Source: Lingula anatina
Taxonomy: Eukaryota > Animalia > Brachiopoda
Direction: 5' to 3'
DNA: 64,000 nt
Assembly: GCA_051362555.1 (NCBI GenBank)
Contig: CM120641.1
Coordinates: forward strand, 45,514,401 to 45,578,400
The notes under the pieces: model-generated
Told to the model about the DNA's origin: nothing
Seen by the model: the letters and a program-made list of their open reading frames with translations, nothing else
The model's database searches: none
Shown: positions 1 to 14,616 of the stretch, one piece after another
Layout: each line of letters begins with the position of its first letter
Position numbering within the stretch: position 1 is the first letter of the stretch
Position numbers and translations under genes: made by a program

Positions 1-634
1 TATTCTGGCAGGACACCTGTAAATGTACAAACATTGTCCTGTGTGTCCTTGATAACACGTGATACATGATACATATTGAACACATGACAGTGCACCTCAA
101 TATTCAGAAGCTTGCTGCATCAGTGTGTCTTACTATTTTGTCATTTTTAAAAATTAAACATGGTGTAAGAGTCAGAAACCAAAATAGATAATATTATACC
201 CAAATCTAAACAATTGTAAATTTGAATAGAATTTGATGTAAATTTCAGATTTTGAAGTCAATAGATTGTAGCCAATGTATTATATACCTCATGCATATTT
301 CTACAAATGATACCACTACATGTACTATTATTGCTATAAATATTTATTAAAAGTAAATACGGATGGTAGAGGCAAACTGATTATTAGTGGCGCAAGCCAG
401 TTACTTCCAAAGCTGTAATTAATTAATTCTCGGCTGCGCTCGGAAGAGAGTCTCATATCTTAGACTAATTCTTGTCACTAACCTGTGAATTTTGCACCTA
501 TTAAACTATGTAATTCAAATTTTCTAAGTAAGTCAGGAAGACCACTATATTGATAAAAGTACATAATTGACAAATTGCACAGATTGTCATATACATATGA
601 CTTGAATGTAAATTGTTCTTCAATTACTTTTCAG

Positions 635-3600
635 TACAATTCCACTGTTCTTCATGAAGCTGTTTCTTCTGGTAATGAGGAGCTAGTCAAACTGATACTA
701 CATGCCAAAGCTAAAGTCAATGCAAAAAACAAGGTACAGTACGTGTACATGTATACAAGTAGTTCTTTTTAAGTTTACAGCCCAGTGACATCATAAGAGT
801 ACAAATTAATCTGACAAATCTACATTTACCAAGTATGCCATCAAGTTTTATAAAAAGGGAAATGTTTGGGGTGTGTTGGGGGGGGGGGGGGGGGGGAGGA
901 AATGCGTGGATTTGTTATTGCACTCCTCAGGGTACAGACGTGTATATGGAGTTAAGTTATTATTTGTAGAAAGCCCGTCTCATCTTGATGGTATCACGCC
1001 TGCTCTTATTATATAAAAGTGGGCGCTGGGAGAAGGGAGGGGTGCATGGGAAGTTCCCTATTCTACAGTGTTTCATATCAGTTCACATTGATTTTGTATG
1101 TAACATTATGAAAGATAAGGTGTGAAACAGCAGATGAGATGTGCACCTTTGATGAGCACCTTTAGGTTGGTTGTTCCAGGATGAAGAGTCTTTAATTGCA
1201 GTCAGATATGTTGCTTCATTATTTTAATGTATATAATAATATGCTTAAAGATAAGTGTGCTCTATACTATTATTATTATTATTATTACATATATTTGTCA
1301 TGAAGGAAGGAAGAAGTGCTCTCCACATCGCTGCAAGATTAGGCCACTCTGGTGTGGTTCAACTTCTCCTGAATGCAAATGCTGATGTGAATGCACAAAC
1401 TAAGGTACAAATTTGAAAGACAATTCTTGTAATTTATCTTACTGTTTCATGATTTTTGTGGCCTGCAAATTTAATAGAAAGTGTCTAAAAATAAGTTTAG
1501 AAAATTATTCAACATCTAGCTATAAGATTTATGCTTATGAACTTACATTGCAATGTCTGTCAACAGATGCAATTTAACTACAATGACGGTACTAGTTTTG
1601 TCATAATTATGGTCATCATCTAGTAACAAATTTTGTAAGTCCACAAGCAGATTTGAAAATTTGTGTATATATAGTTTTTTATTAAGTGCCTGTAATTTAA
1701 TGCCATTTTGGTTTAGATTTTTAAAGAAAAAAATACCTCAGACAGAATTGAAAATATTTCATTGTTTAAAATGTGAAATGTTGTGCCTGATGGTTCAGCT
1801 GTATATGTTTAGGATGGCCGAACACCACTCCATGTGTCACTATGGAGAGGACATACACAGATAGCAAAGGCACTGGTCAAAGCAGGTGCCTCTGTCAACA
1901 GAAGAGATGAGGTACTTATTTTTACTTTTTTTGGACAAGTAGTTTGTAATATTCTCTGTAGACTGAGTTGAGACTAAGTTGATGTTCAGTTTGAACAAGA
2001 TAATTTTCATACATTAGTTACTTTACAAAATAGTGACTCTTTAGGTCATAGGTAGCGATGTACAAATTTTGTGTAAAATGTGTGTGACTGTATTATGTCA
2101 CAACTCTTGATTTCTTTCTATACTGGATGGTACTATACAGTGTAGTGTAAAACAGCAAAAATAATTGGGCAAGTCAGAAATATGATTCGACTTGGGGAGC
2201 TTTTTTTTTTTTTTTTTTTTGTGACATGTCTGATGTAGTGGAAAGTCCTTTACCAATCATCAGCAATAAAACCTCTTAGATGAAAGATTATCTGAAATTA
2301 AATTAAAATGGCAGGAAAATGTCATATAGATTACCTTTAATCATGTCCAAATAACTGATAAAATTGCTGATAATTTTTTGACAGGATGGATGGACGCCAC
2401 TGCATTGGGCTGCTAAACAAAACAACAAAGATGCATTGGTGCTTTTGTTGCAGGAAGGTGCCGCAGTCAATTCATCAGATAAGGTAAATAAGGCAACACT
2501 TTTGAACTTCATTTTAAGATATACAATATTTATAAGAAATTAAAAGTTTCATAGTACTTTATTCTTAGGTTCATTGTCGAATATTTTTTAAAACTTTTTT
2601 GGCAAAATCAAATGTGTGTATAATGGTTCCTGTTACAGCTGATTTTGCAGTCCTTATAAGGTACTACAGAGGTTATTAAATGCTTATTCAGTCTTTGTCA
2701 AAATCTTTTAAGTCTACTGGCCACCATGTGGAAACAGTGTCAAGTAACTGAAATTTACTGTCCACAAATTTTTACTAACCTGTCCTAGTTTTTCTGGCAT
2801 TTGGCAAAGGCCCAGTGTTAGCATCACAGGTTGCTGATGGAGCTCTGCAAAATTTCTTAAAAAGGGAACATTCTTTTTGAGAAAGAGATAGATTCTGTTG
2901 TTCTTTATTTTTATGATTCATTTGATTTATCTTATATTCCATAGAATGGCCACACGGCATTTCATGAGGCAGTTTTCAAAGGCCAGTTTTCTTTGGCTAA
3001 GGAATTGGTTAGAGAGGGTGCTGATGTGAATCTGGTTGCCAAGGTGGGAAAATAAAAACTTCTCATTTTCCACACCACTACACATTTTTTGTCAAAAATT
3101 CATAGTTTTTCATAAGTTTTACAGTATGACTTCAAAACATGACTTACTACTAGTGCATAATACTTTTTAAAATTTTTTTAAATGTCTAAATCTCAGTTAA
3201 AGAATGGTTTTTATATCATGTAAACTTCTTACACAGTTTATTTATATTTGTTATGGTTAGCAGGGCCGTAGCCTCCGGGGGGGCAGGGGGGGCAGCTGCC
3301 CCCCCTGGGATTTGAGGTGCAAAAAAAAAATAATCGCAATTTCTGACTTCTGATTGAGCAATAAATAACAGTTAAGATTCACCAGAATGCAGTATTATAC
3401 ATACAGATTTTAAAAATTTTCCACACCGTGGGAGGGGGACACCCCCTCCCACACTCTTCCCCCCTCGGGGGCTTTGCCCCCTCCTGTCCGCTTACTGCCC
3501 CCCCTGGCATTTTGCTCAGGCTACGACCCTGGTTAGACACTCAGTATATTGCTCACTGTACTCTCTTTATATAAAGTCATGTGCAAGTACTGAATAAATA

Positions 3601-4180
3601 ATACTGACAATGTAACACAGTCTAACCCAAAAGTTACTCGAAATTATTATTTTTTTGCAATTTTCAGGAAGGACCAATCAGATTTCTTTTAACTTGTATT
3701 AAGATATGTCTAAGATATATGACTTCATATTACTAATAAAGATGTTGACAATGTACCAGTATAACCTAAACCAAAAGCTACAGTTGTACCATATGTAATA
3801 AGGTATGTTGACAGTCAAGTATAAACTCAAAAAAGAAAAAAAAACTTAGCATGAATTTTTCTTTCAATTTTCAGGAAGGACCAGCTTTCGATATCCTTCT
3901 CAAGAAAGGACTTCTAACCTCACAGAGTGTCAGTCAGTTACTGGACTGGGGATATGATCCTAGAAAAAACAAACTGTGTACAGCAAAGGCAAGGTTTCAC
4001 AAAATGATTGCAGACAAGTTACAGACTGTAGACACTCTAACTTCCCTGTGCAGAATTGAAATCAGACAAATTTTGTCTAGGAGAAAAAATTGCAAATGCT
4101 TCAGTCAGCGAGTTGTTGAACTGCCATTGCCAAATATTCTCATAGACTATATTGCCATGAAATCTGAACTAGAATCTTGA
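635..4180 (+). CDS. Ankyrin repeat and SOCS box (ASB-like) protein, 3' part; exons 635-733, 1306-1404, 1813-1911, 2385-2483, 2945-3043, 3875-4180 (5' end not found, probably upstream of the window)
   Basis: Five 99-nt phase-0 GT-AG exons, each one ankyrin repeat (e.g. DGRTPLHVSLWRGH..., DGWTPLHWAAKQN...). The last exon has a SOCS box (TLTSLCRIEIRQIL...LPLPNILIDYI) and a TGA at 4178-4180. Confidence 0.9.
3261..3531. mobile_element. GC-rich MITE (hAT-like CAGG...CCTG ends) in ASB intron
   Basis: TIRs cagggccgtagcct / aggctacgaccctg; 5-bp direct flanks gttag (3256-3260, 3532-3536). Confidence 0.75.
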
Positions 4181-5801
4181 CAATTACATTATGTACAGAC
4201 AACAAAGTTCATATTAAATTTTATTGAAGTGTCATACATGTAGGTGGGCAGATTTTGTTTTGTTTTGCTTCAAGTTGTGAAGTTTAAAAGAGAGCATCCT
4301 GCTACTTTGCATAATTACCTCAGTCAAGGTTGGATGTCATGTTTTCATGGGCATTGTTTGTGGACGTCTCAAAAATTTTCACATATTTTAATAAAACTTT
4401 CAGGACAGACACTTTTTCAGAAGGGAAAGAAGTGATTTAAATTTAACCGTCTCTGGGTCTTCTAATACTTCTTAAAGTTCCTTCATTTATTATTTTATTG
4501 TTAAGGTTTTGCTTTTGCGAGGTCTGTGTTCTTGGAGTGCTTGCCGTTTCTTTTAACCCTCCTTTTGAGATAAGCAGACTATTTCTGTTTATGTCAGTGT
4601 TGCTTGAAGGTCAGCAACATCTGTCGACTTACAGACACATGATTTGAATAATAGATGTAGAAGTGTGGAATAGCTGTGTTCCATCTGTTGGAATACTGTT
4701 AACAGTTATCTTGTTTTGGTTAATAGTGAACCTGTATTTGTTTATGTTCTAGTATAAATATTATATATAGATATTATGAAAGTCACTGTGGACAGTGCTT
4801 ATTAATAATATAATAGCAAAACTACATTTTTGTTTCAGTGTTAATTTCCTGAAAAGTAATGTGTAGTTAAAATGAAAATAGAGTATGAACAGTAGCACAT
4901 CACTTGCACACAGTAATAGGAATAGACCTTTTGCAGCTAGTTGACTACATGTAGATGTTGAATTATTTTGTTAACTGGAGAGCAGGGTCTTCAGTAAACA
5001 AAAGATGTCAATATCTGGTCATCAAGATGCTAATGCCTAGGCCTGAAACACCGTTAGAGCTGAAATAATAGAAGACAACTTTGCTAGAGATGGTTTAAAC
5101 AGTGCAGGGAGGGGGGGGGGGGGCGCAGAGGTCATGCTGTGTTTATTGCAAGGAGTTATAACAGATCTGTTATAACTCCTTGGTTTATTGTTATTGTTGA
5201 TGTTTTGAACGTTTTCAGTAGCCACGTGATATGGATGATTTACAATGTGGAGAGATCACATGATGAGTGTTGACACTGATATCGATCAGCGAGCACGTGT
5301 TACAATTTGTAAGACAGTCTATGACCCTAAGCCAAAGACGTTCACAAGGGTCCGTCAATTACCTCATAACACAGGTGATTTATTCAGGAGATGCACAGGG
5401 GCGGATCCAGGATTATTTGAAGCGGGGATCTGGAACGACAGGCCTCGGATGCGACGCCAACCATTGCCCCCTTGGTGTGGGGTTCAGGGCCTGCTGCTAT
5501 ATTTCAGAAACCAAAGGGGGCAGGGTCAGAAAATGAAAATTAACCATTTATGCTCCTTACATAATGTATAGATATGTTAAAGATAAAATGTAGATGTAAA
5601 ATTGAGAGTCGTAGATTTTTGTTCTATACACATATGATTAAAAAAATTAACACAACTTATTGAATGCAATTTTTTTATACTTAAGCATGGGGATTGCGTC
5701 TCTATATTGCGTTTGGCTGAGTAGCGGTTTTAAATTATTTACGACTTGCCAATATATTTCTACATACAATACGCCATCACATTTAAAGAAAAGCTTTACC
5801 G

Positions 5802-8019
5802 ATGAATGTGAAAATTTTTGCTCTGTGCATTTTCATGGTCTTGATAGTTTCCATTTATTGGATGAAGAGAAATTTAAGTAGCAGATATGTGATGAAAACC
5901 AGGATTCTGCCAAAAGGTAAAAATGTTCTCTCTTTCTCTCTCTCTCTCTCTCAATTTAGGCCGGTGCCCGAGGCAAAGCACCCATTTTCAAGGGGAGAGA
6001 TGGCTTCTTTCCTGGACAAAGAGATATACTGTACCAGACGAGGCAAGTATCCGACTTGTTCAACCCAGCAACGGCATGTATATTATTTGTCGAATTTAGA
6101 ACGGATGATCCGCGAACTAACTGATCCGTTTATCAAATTTGATAATTACATTATACATTATACATTATGACCGTACTAGAAAGCGATGCTGCTTATCCCC
6201 TGATGGTCTCCCAGCTTAACACACGCGTCAGGCCAGCAGGGGCCTAGCAATTAAACGGATTAAATATCGGATCCGAGGTAATTTACTATCGTATTCAGAA
6301 CTATCGTAAATTACCCCCTCGTTATTGAAGGGTGCGTGCCAGACATTTATCCGCTTACACTGAATGCAATTTAGCTAGAATCCCCGCAGAGTTAGACACA
6401 TCCGGCTAGTAGGCTATGATTGGTTAATGAGGACGCTCCCATAAACCAATCCTACTAGCTGGATCGATCCAACTCTGCTAGGATTGTGCTTTTAGTGTAA
6501 TCAGCTGAATTGTTTGGCACGCCCCCTTGAGTAACTAGGGGTAATTGACTGTCGTTAATTAAGAATCTAAGAACCTGAATAACCAACAGGCTGGTGATAA
6601 CAGTATGGTATATACTCTACCCCCTCTACTTCTTTTTCTTTCAATTTTGCCTGTCAAAATAAGGTATTTTTAGTTGTTATACGCTTGTTATGTCTGGAAA
6701 TTTTTGTTGTTTCTTTCTCCCTGTGATGACTTTAATTAGGGTTCGGTTGGTTCAAGTAAGCCTTCTTTAGCACTCATTCGTTGTGAATCTTATGTGTTCT
6801 TGATCATGATAATCCTAGGAGTTTTCTGAAGAATCACATTTCGGTGTCGGTTTTGGTCGCTCCAGAGAGGGCGTGCATTTCACTATTATTATAAATATCT
6901 GAAAAACCATGACCACTCTTCTTAGTTTTAGATAGAACACAAGAGACCACCCTTCTGGATGGAACATATTTTGCCAGTGTTCGACAATTTCCCGATGACA
7001 CATCTTCGGCTGCTCCTTTTCCATACGAGGTCCCAGGACGGACATGTTCTCACGTAAATTGTAAAGCAAAAAGACATATTATTTCCTTGAAAGTTCATAA
7101 ATGCGGTTCTACCACCATCTCTTCAATTTTCACACGGGCAGCAGTAAAATACGGGTTGACCGTTTTAAAGCCACTGAAAGGAAGACCTAGTTTTTACCCG
7201 AGTAAAGATCTGAACTACCCGCTCCTTCATGTAAGGAAGCCAACTGTTGCAGATGCCGCCTACAGTCCTAACAAAACATATGACATGATGATTCATCACA
7301 TGGTTTTTGATGCTGAAGTAGTAAACGCCATGATGCCCAAGGATTCATTTCTCATAGGAATTGTCCGTGATCCATTTTCTCAATTTAAGAGTGCCTTTAG
7401 CTATATGGCAATGAAAAGCAAATTTAATATAACATCCTCAAATAGTCTTCTAACATTTTTCCAAAACCCGTATAAATATTGGAATAAGTACATACGCCGA
7501 AGTCATAATAGCTTTATAAGAAATGGGATGATGTACGAGTTTGGATTTCCAGATGACGATGTGAAAATCAGAAACAACGAAACTTTCATGAAACAATACA
7601 TTGATTACATAGATAATCGATTTGATTTTATCGTTGTGAATGAACTGTTTGATGAAAGTTTGGTTTTACTTGGTAGAAAGTTATGCTGGAAGGTACAGGA
7701 TCTGCTGTATGTAAAGCAAAATGCTGGTAAGTACACTCCTGAATTTAAGACTGAAGACGACCCATGGATCATTCAACAACACAAGACATGGAGTAAAGCT
7801 GACTATTACTTGTACGACTACTTTTTGACCAAATTGAAAAAGACAATTTCTTCTCAAGGTAAAGACTTTTATGACGAGCTTGCAAGTTTTAAAAATGCTT
7901 TGAAATGGGTGAAAAGATGTGGGTTTGCAAATGTGATAGATGTCTGTCAACGAAATGTCAGTGGAACTTACGTTGCACTGCAGTGTGTAAAATTTGGCCG
8001 TACATATAAACAGAACTAG
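5802..8019 (+). CDS. Galactose-3-O-sulfotransferase (GAL3ST family, type II membrane), ~400 aa; exons 5802-5916, 6932-8019
   Basis: Exon 1 encodes an N-terminal TM anchor (MNVKIFALCIFMVLIVSIYW). Phase-1 donor at 5917 matches acceptor ttttag|AT at 6932. Motifs: LKVHKCGSTT (5'-PSB), IVRDPFSQFKSAFSY (3'-PB), RNGMMYEFG, FDESLVLL. Confidence 0.9.
6308..6546. mobile_element. Foldback/MITE in sulfotransferase intron
   Basis: Imperfect palindrome: aattaccccctcgttattgaagggtgcgtgccagaca... versus ...tgtttggcacgcccccttgagtaactaggggtaatt. A related fragment lies at ~44480-44510. Confidence 0.6.
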
Positions 8020-8154
8020 TCAAGTTTTGCTGATCACTCGAATGAAAAAAAAAAAACGAAATCTTCACTTATTTAACATATGGTGTGTCACAGAAAAATA
8101 TATTGTATAGCTTGATCATTGCTAGACAAGGTCTGTTTGTCCAGGTAAGATCTA

Positions 8155-8360
8155 CATTCGACAAAAAAGTTTGAAAATATGAAATTGTTTTTCAATAATT
8201 AAAAAAATGTCATACAGTGTGAAAATCTTCAGTGTATATAAAAAAGACTGAATGTTGAGTGCATTATCCAACAATATTTGGTTAAATATTTACCTTAGCT
8301 CATATGATTATTTCATAATTATTCAAAATGACGATGTTTCCGAACTTTTTTGGTCTAGTG
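8155..8360. mobile_element. Tc1/mariner-type MITE
   Basis: TA-flanked; ends cattcgacaaaaaagtttgaaa / tttccgaacttttttggtctagtg are imperfect inverted repeats. Confidence 0.55.
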
Positions 8361-11300
8361 TATTTGAGGACTATATTGTATGGAATCCCAGGAGGCCCGA
8401 ATGAAATAAAAATCATAACAAACTTTAAATGAAAAAGATCATTGAGATTTTATTGTGGTTTTTGCTGCCAAAAAAGTATTTTTTTTATCTTGATCGATTG
8501 GAACGATTTGAACTAATTTGCCATGTTTGAAACATCAAGACTTATAATAGCTTTGTGCAGTAAGTATCATGGAATAAAATACAAAATTTGGGATCAAGCA
8601 TGGAGCTGATAAAAGCGAAAATTTAGGTTCAATAAATTTGTTTGTAAAATACTTTTATATCCGATAAACTATCTCAATGTATTTGACTGGATATGTGTTT
8701 CTATACACATCGATGATTTTTATTATTATTGGAAGAAGGCTATGGGTTAGTTTATCTTGTATATTCTGCCACTGTTCAGGACGCAGTGGCACCCCATTAC
8801 CCTGATTGTCAAAACACTGTAAAGCTAGCTTGCTCACTATACCTTTTCATGCGTTTAGCTTTACAGGTATTGCTGATATGGGTTATATATGAAACTAGAA
8901 AAACACTCAGAGACAAACTAATTACGATTTCAAACATAGCACCCTCATCCAAACATCTACTGTAACACATTTTTAATCTCAGCAATAAGAACTTCAAGAT
9001 GGAAATATAAACGCCGATATTTTATATTTTCGAGTTCTTTTTATTGTTTTAAATCAGCACCAAGGTGAAATTGCAGAAAAAAAAACTCATTTTCGGTATT
9101 TGGATGATAATGATCCCCTACAGTACCCTTAATACAGTTCCAAAATAATACTACTAACATTTTGAAAATAATTTCAATAAAAATAAAACAAACCACTGCA
9201 TTGGGTTTTTTTCTACACTGAAAATAAAAACAGAAAAGTCATAGGAGGAAATGTAGCAAAACAAGCGATCCGCCCTGTCTGGCGAGTGATTTGTTACAGA
9301 AATTTTGATTTGAAGACCCTACTAAGAATCTGTGGCATGAATTGGAGCGTGCAAAACCAACCCCCAAATAATATGGAACAACACCGTCAAGCTCTTTAGG
9401 AAGAATGGGACAGCATCCCACAAAACTAATATTAATAAAAAAGAAATAAAAATCAACTAACTGTAGACACTGTACTAATGTGGGGGAAATATCACAGTTA
9501 ACTCTCTTGTGAAGGTGCAATGAATTGTACGTAAGTATCACAATGTCTGGTTAAAATACATAAACTTAAAAAAAATTTTGTTAAATACATGTACTATATT
9601 ACATCATGTAAGTTTGCTTGAAATAAAAACACTACCATTCTTTCAATAGAGACTCATGAATCATACTAAGCGTGCGTGTGTCGCATTATATGATCGAAGA
9701 CAGGTCTTTTTTTAAGGGGGGTGCACTGGGTGCATCTGTTCCTGTCGGTCAAGCCTTCACAAGGACACCGGTAATCTAGCAGGTATTTAGGCTTAAGTCT
9801 AGCACTGTGGACACCAGCATGCTTGGTTAAGTCCGATTTTGTGCGGCCGTTGCCCCTGGCTCCGTTTTTAAACCATCCATTCGTGTAACTTTTGTTCTCG
9901 GAACCAGTTTCTAATCTGACAGAATGCTGTCGTTCGTCACATTTACCGGACTGACTTTTTAACATATAATATTGTGTCCGTCATTAACTAAAAACTCAGC
10001 CGCACTACATACAGAGGCGAAAGAATTGCTTGTGCATACGACTGTAGATAGACAGCTACTAGTGCATGGGAATCATTTGTAACTTTTTAAGCTAAGGGTA
10101 TGAACGATTTTAGGATTGTATTTGATAAATTTCATTTATGATGCTCTCATATCGTCAGGTTTTTCAGCCAGTTGCCATATGACTGCTAAGCGCATCCTGA
10201 GACCACCTGCCGGTCAGTTGTGAAGATAAATACCGTGACAAGGATGAGAAGAATATAAAACACTCGTTTCCACTCCAGGTGAATAAAACTCATTGCCTAA
10301 AGAGGGTGATAAATTTAAAATTTATATGGCTGGGTTGAATTCCTCCATAGTTCAGAATCGGTTTCGCAAAAGAGCTGAAGACCGAAATGTTTAGTCCGCT
10401 AAAAGGTTACTATTATGTAATTTTTTTCTTTTCTTTATATAGGCTATATATATGTCTATAACAAGCGCGATAATTTTTTTGTTGGGCAGGACCTCTTATT
10501 ATTTCCGTTAGGGCCATTTAAAGTTTAGACCATCATTCGGGCTTAAGTTTTCTTGTGAAATTCGTCCAAGGTCAAATATTTATATGGCTTTTAGCAACGT
10601 TTACCAGTAAGAGGTCGCTTTATTATTTTTTTATTCAGCTCTGCTGATACTTGAGTTCATAAAAATTACATTTAAAGATATGAGATAAGTTCAAGTGAAC
10701 AAAATAATGGAAAGAAAAGTGTTTTCATGTTCAAAAGATGTCATTTTAAGGATAACTGCACGTACAGCCTAGGTTGCAATGGTGAAATGGTGTTAATGAC
10801 AGGAGTCAGGACTTGAGCGTCTACAACGCTTTCGACGCACCCTATACCAGGATCCCAGAGATATTTTTATTTGATACTGTATCCACAGACATTACTCTGG
10901 TTAAACCTGTGCTTATCTATGCACGCTCATAACACCGATACAGCCAGTTTCTACGGTTAGTTTTCCAATTTAATTTGCTGGTAACCAGGGGGAGGAAAGC
11001 CACTCAAGACATCTGTGAATTCTTAAAGGCAAAAAGGTTAGTACTCTCCTGTAACTGTCCTTTATTCAAGAAGGATTGTTTAAAAGGGCCTGTTTAAAAA
11101 TTACCACGAATCAAAGCATTATTTAGGTAAAACGTCCCTTTAACTACATTCCCTACTGGCTGTTAATATTACTATTCAATCAAAACTCTATCGTGTCAGC
11201 TGGTAAGATCATGCAGTATGATCACATAAAATTTCGTAGAATTATATACAAACGTTTTTCTGAAATAGAATATATACAATTTGTTTTTTTTTACCTTAGA

Positions 11301-11431
11301 CGGATGTGCTTAACAGCACGGACAATTGGAAACTGAACGGTTTAACTAAGACGAAATATATAAAATATAATAAGAATCGGGATACAAATTAAGCATTAAA
11401 CTTTATATCGTTAAAATTTCTTAAGAAAATC

Positions 11432-13496
11432 ATGGAGATCGGGGAAGAGTCCACCGAAAACCATCGGACAGCGTTTATAAGAAGCAAATACTTCCAAACA
11501 TTTGTTATATGTGCCGCGTTAATGGCCTTGGTAAGTATCGATAAATGAAAGAAAACTCTACTTCTTGTATTTTTCAGTGCATCGTTCTCTGCTGGTTGGC
11601 TAGATTAAAGATAAAATAAAACAGTACTAAGATATCGGCACCGGAGTGTTTTAATGATTTAATCACTAAAAATATCAGGTGAAATAGATAAGTTAATCGT
11701 TATATTGTACAGAGACATACAGCAGTTCTTTTCGAGTATTATTTTAGTTCCACGCACTTTTTTTTGATACAGGGAGCAAACATGTCGGTCCAAGGGCCTA
11801 CTCTGATTGATCTAAGAAAACAGATGGGTGCCTCGGTGCTCTCCGTCTCTTACGCCATCAGCGGTCGCTCAGTGGGTACAATACTTGGCGCCATTGGTGG
11901 CGGCTTCATCTACGATCACACCAATCACCACTTGTTCCTCAGTTTGGTCATGGTGCTGATGTCACTGATTTCCTTCCTCATTCCATTTACCACACACGTG
12001 TTTGAACTGGCGGCGTGTTTGGTGGTGCAGGGTCTAGCCATAGGGTCTCTGGATGCATGTGAGTATATTGAGTCTATTGTTTATTCTCTGACATTTTGAC
12101 ATTGACATTAATGGTTTGGGAGAAGTAATGTTTCCAAAAAAAAAAAAAAAAAAAAAAAAAGCCATGACGGGTGACGTCCCTAGCGTCCCAAACAAGCCCG
12201 AATGACTTGTCTTTGTTATAGACCAAAGGGTCACTGCCATAAATTTTTGTATTAAGATGAAATTTCACACGAAGGTCATATAAGGCCTGTGAAATATGTG
12301 GTGTAATTTTAATAATATCATATAGATGAAAACTAATTGATTACTGCTATTCCTTTGTATTTTCAGGTGGCAATGCTATGCTTCTAGCAATGTGGGGAAA
12401 AGACAGTAGTCCATACATTCAGTCTTTGCACTTCTCCTTTGCTCTTGGTGCATTCGTCGCACCTATACTAGCCGAGCCGCTATTGTCGAAAAAAGTAACA
12501 GTTCTCTTTAATAAAACATCAGTTTTGTCTCCATCAGATTATGCACACTTTCCTTTATATGCTTCGTACAACTTAAGTCACGAAGAACCGTTGTCATTGG
12601 ATGTATTTAATGCTTCCACCTCGAATCTATCATCTTTCCTCAACGAGACGGGCATCATTTCGTCCCCTCACGCTGTGGAAAGGTGGACAGAATCTCGGAT
12701 TATATTCGTTTACATCGCCGTTGGTATGATGGCGCTACTTTGTGCAATACTATTTTCTGCGATGTGCCTTCAAGAACGAGCCATCTTCTACTGGAAAAAA
12801 CAAGAAGTGGAGATGGATGAAAAACCCACCGTTGAGGAATCCCTGTGGTTTAAAGTACCGTTTTTGACCATTTTTGCGTTTTATTTTCTGTTGAATGTTG
12901 GTACGGAGGTGTCTTTCGGCGCCCTTGTAACGACATTTGGTTTTGAGACTCTACATTGGTCTAAACACAAAGCAGCGCACTTGTCTACCGTTTTCTGGGG
13001 CTTTCTAGCCGCCGGAAGAGGTTTTTCTATACTGGTATCAAAATTCACGAGTCCTGCTGTAATGATTGTCGTTGATCTATCTTTGATGGCATTTTCCACG
13101 GCGCTGATGTCACTTTTAGTAAACAGCAGCGAGTATGTAATGTGGATCTGCACAGCTTTGTATGGTACTGGTATGGCTTCCGTCTCCCCTGCCGCAGTTT
13201 CATGGGCAGATACATATGTACATATTACTGGGAAAGCTGCATCCTCGTTTACCGTAGGAGCTGCCATCGGAATGCTCGTTTTTCCCGCGGTGTTTGGTCA
13301 TTTCTTCGAAATGAACGGAATGTATTTTGCATACATGTTATTCATCGGTGCACTAGGTACTGGAGGATCGTTCATCACTCTTTTTATCATTGCACGCTGC
13401 CATGGGGAAAGGCACCTTCCCGCCCACCAGAAAGAGGAAAATGGTGTGGATGAAAGTCCCCAAGACGCCACAGAGACGACGAAACTATGCAAGTAA
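11432..13496 (+). CDS. MFS transporter, MFSD4/NAGLT1 (sodium-dependent glucose transporter 1)-like, ~504 aa; exons 11432-11530, 11773-12058, 12367-13496
   Basis: Phase-consistent GT-AG exons. Motifs GPTLIDL, MWGKDSSPYIQSLHFSFALGAFVAP, VGTEVSFG and FWGFLAAGRG are typical of the MFSD4 family; multiple TM helices. Confidence 0.88.
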
Positions 13497-14616
13497 TCTT
13501 ATCTCCTGACCAGAAGTTTGTGTTTAGAATTAACTTTTTTAACAAACTTGTCAAATACACAAACAGTAGCTATAGCTGTTGATCTACTGTTCTCCATTTG
13601 GTTTGGAGAAATGGAAGTTCTGAACTGTTACCGAACATTTTATGTCCAGAGGGACACTTGGACAAACTGTACCCTCTAGCAGGGCGACTGATAGATTTTT
13701 ACATATATTCACAGATATGTCTCTAGCTAGATGGTCATTTTGGGCTGAAGTGACTTATATTTACTATGGGTGTATCTTTGCTAGTTCTGGAGCATTTCAC
13801 ATTTTGAAGATTTTTTGCCATTGAGCAGTGCAACTTTGTCCTTTTTGAAATAACACAACTTTTTAACCGCATTGGTCGGGACAAAGCCCACGAGTACTGC
13901 CAGCGCTCGCACTGGTGGTACTAGTGAAACAACTTACGACAAACACATCCAAGGAAAATATTACAACAGTTTATTCGCAGTTTCAAGGATACACTTAGAA
14001 GTGTGTAGATATTTAATCTCGTCTTCATAACATACTGCGACTAATCCAATTTACCTATGTAAAGAAAATAACCCTTTATTAGACTTTGTGCTGGTAAAGG
14101 CTTTAAAGGTTTTTTTAAATGGCACTAACATCATTAAGTCTTTGTTTAAGCAAGCAAGATACCGTTGGCTTTTCCATTGATCATTTTAATAGCATCATTT
14201 GTTTTAATACTTTCAAGATAACTGACAGAAGAGCGTGCATCCTTATATTTAGTTCAATTAAAATACGTTAAAAAATCACTTGAAGTTAAAGCTGTCCACA
14301 GTTCCGAGTTTTTTTGTTTTAGGATAAAATGAGAGTTTTAACTGGGAATACTGCTTGGTTGCGAAGAATCAAATATTGATACCCCTGATAAGAAATATGA
14401 CGAAATACCTGGCACCAGGGTCACACATTTTGAAAGCGCCTTCCACTGAAATTTTGCATAATCTGAAACCATGTAATTATTTGCTGGGAGTTGACACATT
14501 CTGAGACTTCTTCTCGTGTATTTTTCCAAAAAAATTAAGAAAGAAATGGACTCCCAACATTTAACTTGGTCATTGCTTTAAAACACCACTTGCTCTTGGT
14601 TTATGCAGTAAGAAAT

